The notes: a model not told the origin generated them from the letters alone. Counted from the stretch's first letter, positions 31,158-44,000 are shown. The stretch: DNA of 64,000 bases from Schizochytrium sp. TIO01 (GCA_004764695.1 SMSO01000031.1:5500761-5564760), one strand, 5' to 3'. Numbers and translations are program-made.

Positions 31158-32200
31158 TCAATGAAGGGTGAGGAGGATAACCATTGATTGTCAACCACAG
31201 CGAAAGCACTGCAGGCCTCTAAATTTGGCTGAATGACTGGAAAGAAAGTCTTCGCGCCTAGAACTCCTGTCGTTTCATACGACGGGTCGTTCCAGTCAGT
31301 CTGCCTGTCACTCATCCAACGAGTGACTAAGGGAACGTGCGACTGCTATTCCCGCATGCAAAACTGGGTCCTATAATGTTTGCTTGCCTGCCTTGCTTTC
31401 TGCATGTGTTCTTCTTTTACTTTTTTCAAAAATACTCACCTACTTGCCTACCTACTTACTTACTTTCTTAATTACGCACGTACGCAGGCACGTACATCTC
31501 TCTCTCGTAATGTCGCTATCATCATCACTGCCACCGTTATCAGCGTCGCTGTTTGTTTTTTTTTGCTTTGCGGTTCGGCTGCCCAGACAAACAGATCCCC
31601 GTTACTCTTCGTATTCGAGTGAGCCGCTCACAGTGCATACAGCGATGGCGTTGTGTTGATTTTGCTGCTTGTTTTGTAAAGAAAACAAAAACAAAAATTA
31701 AAAACCTTTATAACAGAATACCAATCCTAACTTACCATCCCACCATTATCTTCTTCAATATCACTGCCTCATAAACCTAATCTGGGAAATCCACCACTGT
31801 TTCTGTGAAGATCTACAAAGAATTTCTTACTTCTGCATACACATACATCATAGTTTTCCATCAAAAGGGGTGGGGTGCTCGATATAGTAGAGTATTAAGC
31901 TGGGTGAGCTGACGTTGCTTCTGCAAGGTCTTGCCCAAGACCTACGCAGGGTACCTTCACTTTTACCAATATCCCATCGCTCTTGAACAGTGTCTAATCT
32001 TCTGCAATTTAAGTAAACAACTAGAAAAAACTGTAAAAATTCACAACTGGAGACCTTTGAAAAAGGAAAATACAAGAGGGGTTGCAAATTATTACTTTAA
32101 AAACAATACAAGAAAGAGTCAACCAGGAAACCAGGCCTTGACATCCCAACAGTCGTTTATTACTTTCAAGTTTTGGTTATTCAAAACAGGATAAGTAGAG

Positions 32201-33454
32201 TTATTCCGTAGCCGCCCCTAGCTGGAATCGCGAATGTGATCTCAAAAGTAAAGGTCCGACGGGAACTAAAAGAGGCTGTGAAGAAGATTCAGGTAGTGTC
32301 TTGAACTCCAACACACCGCGAAAGGTCCCTGAGAGCATTGCGCGATTGTGGTCTGGTCCTACAAACGAATTGTAAACAAATGGCCCAGGCAAAAGTCCAT
32401 CATGGGGTCCTCGTTTCCAGCCACCACCGCGAAAAAGAATAGGATACTGGCCAACTACGCCTGGTCCACGAATCGTGTTTTCAGAGTCATCTATACAAAT
32501 AGTCCACTGACGTGCGTCTAGCTGGCATGATTCGCACGGAAGGTCTTCTGTTGCTTCTATACGAAATTGATAGGCCCATCGAGGCAGATTAAGGTCCTCC
32601 ATCTCACAAGCAGACACTGTAATCCTGATTCCGTGCGCACTTGTTGTCACTGTCTCTGGGCCGCTCAGAGGAAAACGTTGCAGAATCATTGTTTGCGGGC
32701 TCACTTGAAATCTCTTCTCAAACACTGACTGTGCAAAAGCCACAAACATCTCAACAACACCCGCTTGACTCGGCCTGTCAGGGCGGTCATCCCAAATCCA
32801 CCCATCCTCATGCTCCCGTCTCGATGGAATAAACCTTGCTGGGCCACCAGCCCAGCGTGAGTCAAAAGTCGCGGATCGGATTGCCAATGTAAGATCCTCG
32901 CTATCCCTGTCTGGCATGCTACAAAACCTATAGTGAAATATGTACTGATAGGCTCCAGTCTCGCCAAACAATGGGTGTCCACTCGGATTTTGCCCATTAT
33001 GGAACGCCCACAATGCATATGCCTCTATCGCAGCCTGTCCAAAGCGTCGCAGTTCTGTTGGAAATTTACCACAAGGGGGATACAGTTCCAGCCGAGGATC
33101 CTGCGAAATGTAGCCTGCATCATAGAGCTTTTGCCACGCAAGGCCGGCTGGAAGCACATACTTTCGATACTCCTCAAAATTTAAACCTGACCAGATCATG
33201 CTACTTCGCATGGCTAAGTATGATGCCTTGGGATCATCCAGCTGCGCAGTATACTTATCGCTCGGAAGTTCTACTACGCAGCGCCAACTTGTGTTTGCCA
33301 GAGACAACGCAAAGTGGGACTCCGCCAATTCCTCCCAAACTTTCAGGCCATCATTGGAAGATAAAAGCGAGTCCAGATAACTGGAACAACACGCAACAGC
33401 TGCCAAGTCCCGCCCATCAGCAAAAGGAGCTACTAGCAAAATACAGCGCTCCAT
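32201..33454 (-). CDS. F-box + ApaG-domain protein (FBXO3/SKIP16-like)
   Basis: N-terminal F-box-like segment (PFADGRDLAAVACCSSYL...VWEELA); central HNGQ motif; C-terminal ApaG motifs GIRITVS, WAYQFRIE, CQLDARQWTI and GPGVVGQYPIL. Confidence 0.85.
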   Translation of the reverse strand: MERCILLVAPFADGRDLAAVACCSSYLDSLLSSNDGLKVWEELAESHFALSLANTSWRCVVELPSDKYTAQLDDPKASYLAMRSSMIWSGLNFEEYRKYVLPAGLAWQKLYDAGYISQDPRLELYPPCGKFPTELRRFGQAAIEAYALWAFHNGQNPSGHPLFGETGAYQYIFHYRFCSMPDRDSEDLTLAIRSATFDSRWAGGPARFIPSRREHEDGWIWDDRPDRPSQAGVVEMFVAFAQSVFEKRFQVSPQTMILQRFPLSGPETVTTSAHGIRITVSACEMEDLNLPRWAYQFRIEATEDLPCESCQLDARQWTICIDDSENTIRGPGVVGQYPILFRGGGWKRGPHDGLLPGPFVYNSFVGPDHNRAMLSGTFRGVLEFKTLPESSSQPLLVPVGPLLLRSHSRFQLGAATE

Positions 33455-34089
33455 TGTGCGTCAAGTATCGCACGTTATCTTTCTGATATGCCAGGCGATC
33501 TAGACAGGAAACTCGCCTCAACTCGCGCCACCTGATTCTAAGCAGGTACCTAACTAGCAGTAGTAATAGTAGGTACAGCTTCTAATATTTCATACTTAGC
33601 ACCTACCTAGGTAGAGGGGGTAGGAGTATCTGGTTCCAAGCATGTAAGAGAGCATTTCTTCAAGTTGCCAAAGTTTAGCATAAAGATGGTTCAAAATAAA
33701 GACAGGGTTGGATTCACGAAGCCCCCCAAATGGAACAATAATCTCTGTGGGATCTAAACTATGTATCTAGTTAACGGTGCCCCGCCTTCTTTCCTTCTCA
33801 CAAAGATAGGTTTCATGATGGTTTGTCAGCGTTAAAAATCAGGTTTGAGAAACTAAGTTGCAAAATCATAGAGTCATGTTCCATATTCTGTAATTACCAT
33901 TGTACATGGAAAGAACATTATAAAACTACAGCATTTGGAACTAATGGAAATACTTCTACTAATGCATCATAGCAAGTTGAGGGGGCATTTCCTTGCGTAG
34001 AACTCGCTTGCTTTGAACGTTGGATATTTCTTTAAACTCAGAAAATACACTTCAATCTTAAAATATTCAATACTACTCAGTACCACCAC

Positions 34090-37000
34090 TCACTTACACA
34101 ATGTAGCCAGCAGTTGCTCAGCACGCTGCGTAAACGGATGATCTGCACCCAGGCAGGATGTGTAAATATTAGCAGCCTGACGGGCAACATCAGCATCATC
34201 TGACATCTTTGCCAAAATGTGTAAACCATATGCTACAGATGATGAATCCCCACCATGACATTTCATCATAATGTCGATTCCGTGCTCAACAGAACTCTCA
34301 CCATCTGCAAGGTGTCCAGCTGCAGCTTGTGCAATACCTCGAGCGAACAGTGCATAGCCCATACGAACAGAGTCTGGAATTCTCTCACGAATTAGCAGAA
34401 TCGCCTCTGCAGAAAGTGCAAGCGCTTCTTGCACGTCACCGACACGAGCATGCAAGATCGCACTTTCACCCACAGCATCTCCGAGCAACAAGCTGTCAGG
34501 TCCTTCAATAGAGCGCAAAATCGATAGAACTTCCTCTGCAAGCGACAAGGCCTCCGCGTAGCGCCGCGTGATACGAAGCGCCTTGACATACTTAAGAGAT
34601 GCTGTCGCGTATAGGGCAGAGTCTAGGCCGCTGTAGATTCCCTGTGCTTCTGCAATATCTCGCATGATTTCAACATAACGGTCAAGGTCACCTCGGCAAA
34701 GAGATAGACGGCCCTCGATGAGTGCAAACTGGCCATCTAAGCCAACTTTAGAAAGTGAGTCAGCGTCCAAGGCCTCCAATGACACAGCGCCCTTATATTC
34801 CTCAGGCTCATTAGATACGATATTAGGAGCAAATCTGATCATAGCCGTTACAGCCGGTTGTAAATCTGGAAACAAAGCTGTTCCTTCGCTCTGGGATGAG
34901 TCCTCCAAGACTTCGTCATTAGGATCCACAGAGGCCTCAGAACAGAAAAGGTCATCTCTTTCCTCATTTGTGCTTGGTGCAGTGCTTCGACCATTCTCAT
35001 GTTCAGTATCCACTTCAAACCTTTGGGTCTCATCAGGATGATCTTCCTGATTGTGCCGAGAGTTGCTTAAACGACTAAACAGGCGGCTTGAGCGGCTTAA
35101 GCGGCTTAAACGGCTTGAGCGGCTTGGGCGACTTGAGCGGCTTAGGCGGGTGCTTAACTCAGGGTCTTGAGCGTTTTGGCCAGACACGTGAGACGAGTGA
35201 TCGTCCTCAATACTTCCCGTCAAGGTTGAGTCATCAACTGATTCGTTTTCTTCCTGCAAGATATCAGGGTTATCGCTGGTCTCTGGTGCAGTTTCACGGT
35301 TCATTACTAAGACTTTGTGGTAGTAGGGTTCTTCTACAGGATATAGTCGAGGTAAGCTTTCAAAAACCTCCTCGGCCTCGTCGAAGCGGTCAAGATCAAT
35401 CAATGTGTGAACGACCATCAATGACGCATCAATGTTTGCTAGGTTGTGTGAACCCGTGATACTAGTGTACATCGCTCTCGACCGGGTAAGTAACTTTAAG
35501 GACTTCTCTAAGTCGCCCCCTAAGCGGGCAAGCATACCACGGAAAAAGATTACCATGGATTGCATTGAAATTATATGATGGTCTTGAATGGCACGAGCAG
35601 CCATTGCAACAGAGTCGTCCTCCATGGGCTTTAGTGTTTTGACATATCGTTCAAACAACTTGAGTTGCTCCCAGCCCTCCTCAATGCGGCCTGACTGCAA
35701 AAGCAAACGCAAAAGTGTAATTCGGGCCTGGTTTGTCTCTGGTAACATACTGTTGTCATTATCTTCATCGATCATCGCGAAAAAACGGAACTGAGAAGCC
35801 TCTGCCACAAATGATCGTGCATAGTCAAGTGCTTCTTCCAGACGACCTATCCGAGCTGAGCAAACAGCATGCAGTGATTTAAAATCTCTCCGCCTAGCTT
35901 GCGCTCCCCAAAATTGATCTACAGACTCATCAGATTCCAATTCTTCTAAACCCTTAATCGCCTCTTTGGTTCGACCAAGTATGAGAAGTGTCTGTACGAT
36001 ATTGACTTTTCGTGGGGTCTCCCAAGAGAAAAATGACGAACCGCCGGATTGTTGCATTGTATCGAGAGTTTCAAGTACAAAATTCGAACAGCGGCGTGTT
36101 CCTAACAACATTGATGTGATCGACCACGCCACCGATGTGAAGGCAAAGAATGTCTCTGCATTAGCCCGATCTTGCCAAGCCATTAATTGATTCGCATGAT
36201 CAATAACGTCCTCATCAGACGACTCTTCACACATGGCTGACAAAAGACCAGTAGCAATGCTGTAAAACATGTAGTCCAAAGTATCTGTTTCTTCTTCGTA
36301 TGCAACAGATGAGTCTCGAGCAATTGTATAGTAACGCAAAGCTCGAGAGAATTCACATGTTGCCTGCGCTATCTCTCCCACTCCGAGGACAAAATTGGTC
36401 AAAAGGTGGTGACGACTTGTGCTAGTAAAACCCTCGTTATGCTGAATATCTTCGAGCAGTTTGTCTATCATATCCCAGCCTTCTGTCTCCCGACCTTTCA
36501 ACTTCAGAAATAGTGCAAGACATTCCTTAGCATATTGAGTGAGGAACATGCCATAACGCTCATTGTTGCATGCTGTGATCGCTTCTTGATAATACGACAC
36601 AGCCTCTTCTACCTTGTCTTGTGCTGCAAATACTGAGGCAGTAGATGCCAGCAGGCCATGCTTTACAGCCTCCGAAACCTCATCCGACAAGTCACTCAAC
36701 TTTGCTAGAGTTCGCTCTGCAAGGTTGAAAGCTTCGGTGTATCGCTCAATAGCAGCATATAAGCTTACAGCGTTTGTCAGATCCTGTGCTTCAGATATAG
36801 TTGACATCTTAGCAAGCTGACTTTCTGCAAACTCATAAGTGAACTCAAAGAACATTTCATCCAAAGCTAACCGAGCATTTTTCCTGATTTGAGATACGTT
36901 CCTGTCTCTTGGGCCAGCCATATCATCGACAATTAAGGACGGTAGACTTTGTCCGTACGGAAGGTAATAGATTCTAGATGCATCGATTCCCATTTCCTCT

Positions 37001-39045
37001 TCGACATGCTGGTACACCCAGGATACCTCGTATGACGACCCCAAGCGGTATGAGACAGCACTAGAGTCCTCAGTACCTCGTGTAGGCCAAACGGCTTGTA
37101 TTTGAAGTCCTTGTGCGCCTATTTGAGAAAGATTATACAGAAACATTTGATCTCGATATCCGTTCAAGTTATCGTCCAAAACAATAGCTGTTGAATGAAA
37201 ACGCTTCAATGCATCTGCCACTTCATACTGATAAAACCGTTTCACGCGAGACTTGTCATTTTCTTTACCTAGAGGAAGTCCAGTGAGCATGTGGTGAACA
37301 CCAAAGGCCTCTAGCCATACGTAGCAATCTTTTGGATCTATGTCTCGCAGCTTGCAGAGGCGTTTGAGGCTTTTCACAAGGGACTCAAACTGCACACTTT
37401 GGTCTACAAGCACAAAGATTCCTTCACTGGCATCGTGAGAACCGTCGCCAAGGTGATCCACCACAGGTGCCTTGAACTTGTTTTCTAGCGGGATCAACAC
37501 GTGGTCTACAACATCACGAATTGTCCACATTTCTCTATCATGATCGAATGTGTTGGACCGATCAAATGTGAATCTTTTGCTTGGTGTTCGAGGATTGAGG
37601 CCTTGAAGATTTCGACTGGCTGCTGCTCCACGTGAAGAATTAAAGCCGAACAACTCAAAAACGGCGTTTTCTGAAGTCACCACATCATAGCCGTCATTTG
37701 AATTAGCACGTCGCTTAGAACCAAGATGAGCTATACTGAATGATTCCTCTGTTGTGTACGAGCGGAAAAGCTTGAGGTTAGGCGCCACAACGTTGTTTGC
37801 AATACCCTCCCAAAAGTCTGAAATGGCACTCACACTCATGCATTGCCAAGAAACTTCAACGGTCTCATCGTTGTTTCGAAGGCTCCGCGATGCGTCTTGG
37901 ACCCAATGCCGGGTTCGACTGAGACGGCGACTTAAACGTTGACTCAATCGACTGCGCAGCGAGCTACGGTCACTACTATATTCACTCAAAGACTCAGCAA
38001 CGTCTTGGCCTTCATCATCGATGTCATCATCAATTGCATCATCAGCGCTCTCGTCTCCTACAAAATCAGCAGGAGCTAGTGTTCCATCACACATAGATTG
38101 TGATTGTTGATTATCCTGAGGCTCTTCTTGTTCCTCTTCGCTAATATGTACTAGCGTTTCAGGGCAATTGCGTTCGCTTCGGCTGCGTCTGAGGCTAAGA
38201 CGCGAACTCAAGCGGCTCCGCAAAGATGAGCGTCTGCTGGGTGTCTCTGTCGGCATTTGTAAGTCTGACATTTCTTGGGAAGCTTCATCATCGGCCATAT
38301 TATGTTCACCAATGAAGTGTTCCTGGGCTTCATCTTCAACCACTCGTGATGAGCGCATAGAAAGTCGGATCTCTGCCTGTGCACACTCGTCCTGCCCGTA
38401 TTGGTCTTCCCCAGCACTGCTTCTGCATAGTTCCTCGTCAGACGATCTCGAAAGATCTGCTGAAGAACGTCGACGGCTAAGACTTCGTCGCAAGGACCTG
38501 CGTTGACGGCGACTGACGCGTCTAGATCCCGATACATGTTTGCTTTGGTGAGTTTCATCTGCTTCCAAGTCGGTATCCTGCAAAGAATGTGCTGCTATGT
38601 CGGATGCGTTTTGTTCAGCTTCATTTCTGAAGTCTGTTAAACATTGGTCATTCAAAGTAACTTCAGCTTGATTTTGGTCTTCTTCTTTTTCTCGGTTCTC
38701 TTCTACTTGAGGCGAAGCTTGAAAGCCATCAAAACCGTCATCGCTTCTGCTAGTCTGAGCCGCTTGGTGCATAACATTGCTGTGACGGCTGCTTGAGCGC
38801 CTTGATGAGGAGATCTTCTCGGAAGTTGAAACATTCCCATCCGGAAAAGAACCCCTATCAAACAACCCATTTTCATCAACATGATGAATATCAGCTGCCG
38901 CCTCTTGCTGCTGCCAGTCTGCAGCACCAATGGTAGGCTCTCGGCCTTCTTCACTAGGAGTTTCGTCTCTGGGGCGATTTGCAAGAGCTTGTCCGGCGGC
39001 TTGGCTCTCCGAGGACCGCGACAATCTTCGAAAGGGATTCCACAT
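34090..39045 (-). CDS. Large TPR-repeat protein, paralog A (1651 aa): disordered N-terminus, putative HET/TIR-like domain, kinesin-light-chain-type TPRs
   Basis: Single long ORF with helical TPR-like repeats (RYAEALSLAEEVLSILRSIEGPDS; IYTSCLGADHPFT) and Ser/Arg-rich low-complexity segments. Confidence 0.88.
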   Translation of the reverse strand: MWNPFRRLSRSSESQAAGQALANRPRDETPSEEGREPTIGAADWQQQEAAADIHHVDENGLFDRGSFPDGNVSTSEKISSSRRSSSRHSNVMHQAAQTSRSDDGFDGFQASPQVEENREKEEDQNQAEVTLNDQCLTDFRNEAEQNASDIAAHSLQDTDLEADETHQSKHVSGSRRVSRRQRRSLRRSLSRRRSSADLSRSSDEELCRSSAGEDQYGQDECAQAEIRLSMRSSRVVEDEAQEHFIGEHNMADDEASQEMSDLQMPTETPSRRSSLRSRLSSRLSLRRSRSERNCPETLVHISEEEQEEPQDNQQSQSMCDGTLAPADFVGDESADDAIDDDIDDEGQDVAESLSEYSSDRSSLRSRLSQRLSRRLSRTRHWVQDASRSLRNNDETVEVSWQCMSVSAISDFWEGIANNVVAPNLKLFRSYTTEESFSIAHLGSKRRANSNDGYDVVTSENAVFELFGFNSSRGAAASRNLQGLNPRTPSKRFTFDRSNTFDHDREMWTIRDVVDHVLIPLENKFKAPVVDHLGDGSHDASEGIFVLVDQSVQFESLVKSLKRLCKLRDIDPKDCYVWLEAFGVHHMLTGLPLGKENDKSRVKRFYQYEVADALKRFHSTAIVLDDNLNGYRDQMFLYNLSQIGAQGLQIQAVWPTRGTEDSSAVSYRLGSSYEVSWVYQHVEEEMGIDASRIYYLPYGQSLPSLIVDDMAGPRDRNVSQIRKNARLALDEMFFEFTYEFAESQLAKMSTISEAQDLTNAVSLYAAIERYTEAFNLAERTLAKLSDLSDEVSEAVKHGLLASTASVFAAQDKVEEAVSYYQEAITACNNERYGMFLTQYAKECLALFLKLKGRETEGWDMIDKLLEDIQHNEGFTSTSRHHLLTNFVLGVGEIAQATCEFSRALRYYTIARDSSVAYEEETDTLDYMFYSIATGLLSAMCEESSDEDVIDHANQLMAWQDRANAETFFAFTSVAWSITSMLLGTRRCSNFVLETLDTMQQSGGSSFFSWETPRKVNIVQTLLILGRTKEAIKGLEELESDESVDQFWGAQARRRDFKSLHAVCSARIGRLEEALDYARSFVAEASQFRFFAMIDEDNDNSMLPETNQARITLLRLLLQSGRIEEGWEQLKLFERYVKTLKPMEDDSVAMAARAIQDHHIISMQSMVIFFRGMLARLGGDLEKSLKLLTRSRAMYTSITGSHNLANIDASLMVVHTLIDLDRFDEAEEVFESLPRLYPVEEPYYHKVLVMNRETAPETSDNPDILQEENESVDDSTLTGSIEDDHSSHVSGQNAQDPELSTRLSRSSRPSRSSRLSRLSRSSRLFSRLSNSRHNQEDHPDETQRFEVDTEHENGRSTAPSTNEERDDLFCSEASVDPNDEVLEDSSQSEGTALFPDLQPAVTAMIRFAPNIVSNEPEEYKGAVSLEALDADSLSKVGLDGQFALIEGRLSLCRGDLDRYVEIMRDIAEAQGIYSGLDSALYATASLKYVKALRITRRYAEALSLAEEVLSILRSIEGPDSLLLGDAVGESAILHARVGDVQEALALSAEAILLIRERIPDSVRMGYALFARGIAQAAAGHLADGESSVEHGIDIMMKCHGGDSSSVAYGLHILAKMSDDADVARQAANIYTSCLGADHPFTQRAEQLLATLCK
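35083..35150. repeat. 9-bp coding minisatellite (GCGGCTTRA-like) encoding SRL/SRS repeats
   Basis: GGCGGCTTGAGCGGCTTAAGCGGCTTAAACGGCTTGAGCGGCTTGGGCGACTTGAGCGGCTTAGGCGG. Confidence 0.8.
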
Positions 39046-41013
39046 TTGCTTTCAAACAGAGCTTACACACTCAAGGTAGGATCCCCGGCGCGGGCGACGC
39101 AAATAGTCTTTGTAGAATCTTCACTTGAGCAAGTTCGCCGCTCGCGATCTATCTGCACGCGCTAGATCTCCCAAGTTCACAGACGCAGCATGCGCGCGCT
39201 TATTCTCCACGGATGTCTGCAAGCTCTCGCGCTAAAGCCTTTCTGCAAACGCTGCGCTCTTTGAGACAGATGCTGCTTCGCCGTCAGCATCTAAAGAGGG
39301 TTTGCTCGCTGTGCCTTGTGAAGTAGATAGCGCAAAGCTCCAAGCACAAAGCGTAGCTCTGTTCGACGCCTTTGATTTCTTTTTATTTCTTTTCTCTTCT
39401 CTTTTCTGCACGCGCTCAAAAAGTGAACACCCTCTCTTTCATACACATTCATTTTCTAGTAGTGGGTATCATAGTAGCAGTAAGAGGTCTTCTTGCACAC
39501 CTCTTACGCACTGTTCATTTCGCGAATGAATTTCATGGCAGAGAAGAACTTTGGACAGGGAGCTAGCTCGACCTTCAGATTGCTCCCTCCCTACCCATGA
39601 CTACCTGAGTAGGCAGCTTCTTGTCACAGGAAATATCATTGATTGCTGATTGGGAGGAGCTAGGTAGGTGGTTGGTACCCTCTGGCCAACACCCGTTTTC
39701 GTCTGGCGAACATTGCTCAATTTCAGAAAGGAATTCACTCAACTCAGAGTCCATTAAGTCCCAGATAGAGTACTGCTACACTATATGTGCACCCAATCTC
39801 GAAGTCTGTATTATTATAGGTATAGTTTGGAAACAAGAAATGAGAAAATGGAAATAAAAACAAGAACAGCTTTTGCTGCTGTCAAAGTATAGCCATTCGC
39901 TTGCGCTTGGATTTCTTTTGAGCAAGACCACAAGAGGAAGAAGCGAGGAAGCCCTTCACTCAATTCACGGGAGGGGTTATGGGTATGCAAGTGATACAAC
40001 TGCGAAACAACTGAAGGCAATTGGCAGTGAGTGAGCGAGCGAGAATTCCTCATTGATAGCAATCACTTAATACAGTAACTATTAAAAAAAAGTACCAATA
40101 CTATGATTTGTAAAAGATGAAGTCCAGCGTCGATATTTGGTAGGTACCAATCCAAGCGCATAAGGCCGAAGCAAGCGTCACAACCGTCTGCAGCCTATTG
40201 AGAGTTGTGTGCCGACATGGGGCCGCAGCTGATCTCTAGATATTGGGCCCAAAGATGATTGCACTGCTTACATTGATTTCATTTCCTGCATTTTCATCTC
40301 ATGAAGAAAAAAGAAAGCGCTTCTTTTTTGTATTAACAATTTAGGTATACACTACCCTAGTAGTACCCATTTTATGTGAAATACGACATCATGGCCTGGG
40401 CTACCATTTTATGCATTTTGTTGTCAAATATTAATGGATGGGTGGATACCTAAGGATGATTATTGTATCCACCTAGTAGCACCTATTAACACCTAGTAGC
40501 ACCTACCTACCCTTCTCATTGGTTTCTCAAGTAGTATACTTGATGTGCTTGGCCAGGAAAAGGATTAACCCTGGCAGGAATAGTCTCTGTCTGATGAAAA
40601 TAGTAGTAGGTACCTTGTGCACAGTACATCTCTACTTTTAAAAAGACCTATACCTGCCTACTATCTTTCTCAAGGGTAAATTAACGAGCAAGCACATTTT
40701 CATATCATGGTTGTTGGATTCACCTAGAAGCAAACTCTTGTATTAGCTATGCCAGAGTTGGTAAATCCTCAACACTCGTCCTCATCGAAGAGTTTAGACG
40801 ATTAACATCACCTACATATGTTGAAAATAATCCAGCGGGTTCCTTTCCCTGAGCACTTGCACGCATTCTTACTAATACAACACGGACACAACATAGCAAG
40901 TTGAAGGGACATTCCCTTGCGTAGAACTCGCTTGCTTTGAACGTTTGATATTTCTTAAAACTCAGAAAATACTCTTCAATCGTAACGTATTTAATACTGC
41001 TCAGTACCACCAC

Positions 41014-44000
41014 TCACTTACACAATGTAGCCAGCAGTTGCTCAGCACGCTGCGTAAACGGATGATCTGCACCCAGGCAGGATGTGTAAATATTAGCAGC
41101 CTGACGGGCAACATCAGCATCATCTGACATCTTTGCCAAAATGTGTAAACCATATGCTACAGATGATGAATCCCCACCATGACATTTCATCATAATGTCG
41201 ATTCCGTGCTCAACAGAACTCTCACCATCTGCAAGGTGTCCAGCTGCAGCTTGTGCAATACCTCGAGCGAACAGTGCATAGCCCATACGAACAGAGTCTG
41301 GAATTCTCTCACGAATTAGCAGAATCGCCTCTGCAGAAAGTGCAAGCGCTTCTTGCACGTCACCGACACGAGCATGCAAGATCGCACTTTCACCCACAGC
41401 ATCTCCGAGCAACAAGCTGTCAGGTCCTTCAATAGAGCGCAAAATCGATAGAACTTCCTCTGCAAGCGACAAGGCCTCCGCGTAGCGCCGCGTGATATGA
41501 AGCGCCTTGACATACTTAAGAGATGCTGTCGCGTATAGGGCAGAGTCTAGACCGCTGTAGATTCCCTGTGCTTCTGCAATATCTCGCATGATTTCGACAT
41601 AACGGTCAAGGTCACCTCGGCAAAGAGATAGACGGCCCTCGATGAGTGCAAACTGGCCATCTAAGCCAACTTTAGAAAGCCCATTCGTGCTTGGAGGAGG
41701 TTCAAGGTCAAAATCAATATACTCAGGTAGTGGTGTAGATTTCTCGCAAGTCAAGATAGCGGCGACGCTGGGCACCTGATCGCTAGGCATTCCCAATATT
41801 GGTAAAGAACCTGTAGCTTCACTCTGCACGGCTTCAACTGGAATTTCAGCACTCTTATCAATGTTGGTCTCATCCTGGTGAGATTGTATCTTATTTGCGT
41901 CTGCTTGGCCTACTATTCCATTCTCTTCTTCTTCTTCTTCTTCCTCTGACCTCTTGTTCAGTTTTGCGTTGACATCTCCTTGAAACTTCTTCTTCGATCT
42001 ATTCTTCATCGTTGGCAAGCTTTTCCTAGTTGCTTCGATGGACCTATTATAGTATGGCCCGTCTACGATATTTGGTCGAGGTAAACTCTCGAAAAGTTCT
42101 TGTGCTTCTTCTAGCATGTCAAGGTCTATCAGCGTGTGAACAATCATCAAAGAAGAATCAATACTCTCCAGGTTGCGTGGACCAAGGATATGCGCGTACA
42201 GTGATCTAGTTTGAGTGTAGAATTCTAAAGACCCTTTGAGATCTCCCTCTAAGTGAGCAAGCATACCACGAAAAAATGCTGCTGTAGCTTGCATACGACA
42301 AGAATCCCGCTCTAAGGAAGCAGAATAGTCTATCGGCGCATCTTGAGTACAAGAAGTGTGCATTCTCCCAACATATTGCTCAAACAGATCTAGCTGAGCG
42401 TAACTTTCCTCAAGAGAACCTGACTGTAGAAGCAACTGAAGAAGGGCGATGCGGTTTTCACTTGTTCGGCGATCCAGGCTGCTGTCCTCAATAGCTTCAC
42501 GCTGGCGAAAAGAGCTAGCGTCCCAGGTATCCCCCACGTACGCGCGTGCATAGTCAAGAGCTTCTTCCAATCGGCCCTTCCTAGCTGCGCATTGTGCATG
42601 CAGGATCTTCAGTTGAACTACCTCAGTGTGTTTGGTCTGAGTGATCCTGGAAGAAGCTGAGGAAGAATTGTACTCTAATTCTAATAGTTTTATTCCTGTG
42701 GCAGCCTCTTTTGTTCGCCCAAGTAAAAGGAGAGCCTCGATGATTTGCAGGCTTCGCGAAGTTCCCCATGATTGATGGCTGTATCCAAATTCAGCTGGCA
42801 TTTTGTCCGCCAACTCAAGAACAAAATTTGCGCAGCGTTTAGATTTCAGCAGGTGTTTTCCAACTGCTTCAGAAATATTCAAAGCTCTGACTGATTCTCT
42901 CTGCCTTTCCTCGGCCTTTGTTGTCTCCCTCTTGGCCAGTAGTCTCTTGACTTGCTCTACTATAAACTGGTCGGACGACACCTCACTCATCCCACGCACA
43001 TAATAACTGACCACAAATTGAAGTAGATTGTCCAAATGGCCTGTTTCTTCTTCAGATGCGATTGAGACGTCAATTCCAATAGAACAGTATCGCACAAGAC
43101 GATCATACTCACGGGCTGCTTCTACGATTCTGAGCGAACTTTCGAGGAACTCCTGTGAGAGTCTATGGCGACGCACATTATCCAAGGTCCCAACATCCTG
43201 AATTCTTTGGAATAACATGTCTACAATATTCCAGGCCTCCGTTTGCCGACTTTTAATCCTCAGACTTAATTCCAGGAATGCAACTGTATACTTGATGAGA
43301 ATCACACCATCGCGCTCAAAACTGCATGCAGCAATCGCGTCTTCATAATACGACAAAGCTTCTTCTTTTCTACCTACTTGTACGTCTTGGCACAAATCAG
43401 CAAGAAAGGCTAAGATAGTGTGTTTCACAGCTTCTGAAACTTCGTTTGGCAATTTGCTTAATTTTTCCAAAGCTCGCTCTGCCAAATCAAACGCTTCATT
43501 GTATCGTCCAATAGCAACATACTGTTTTGCAGCGTTCTGTATGTCTTGTGCTTCAACAATTGTGGACATTTTAGCAAGTTGCCTTTCTGCAAAATTATTT
43601 ATGAACTCAAAGAACATTGCACTCAGAACCAACTGGGTATTCTTTTTAAGTTCGGCTACAACTCGGTCCGTTGGGCCGGCCGTGTCTGAGACAATGAGAA
43701 AAGGGAGACGTTTTCCAACAGAACTTCCGTAGTGGAAAGGCTCAGATAAAGAAAGCCCCATTTTATTTTCAATGTGTTGATAAGCGTATGCTAGTCTTCT
43801 CGATTCTTGCAAACACAATGAAAGGACACTTGGGTCTTCGTCATCTCGCGTAGGCCAAACGGCTTGCACTGGAAGTCCCGATGCGCCTATTTGAGAAAGA
43901 CTATAGAGAATTTCATCGGTTTGATATCCCTCCAGGTCGTCATCCAAAACAACGGTCGCCGAGAGAAAGTGTTTCAAAGCGTATGGCATTTCATACTGAT

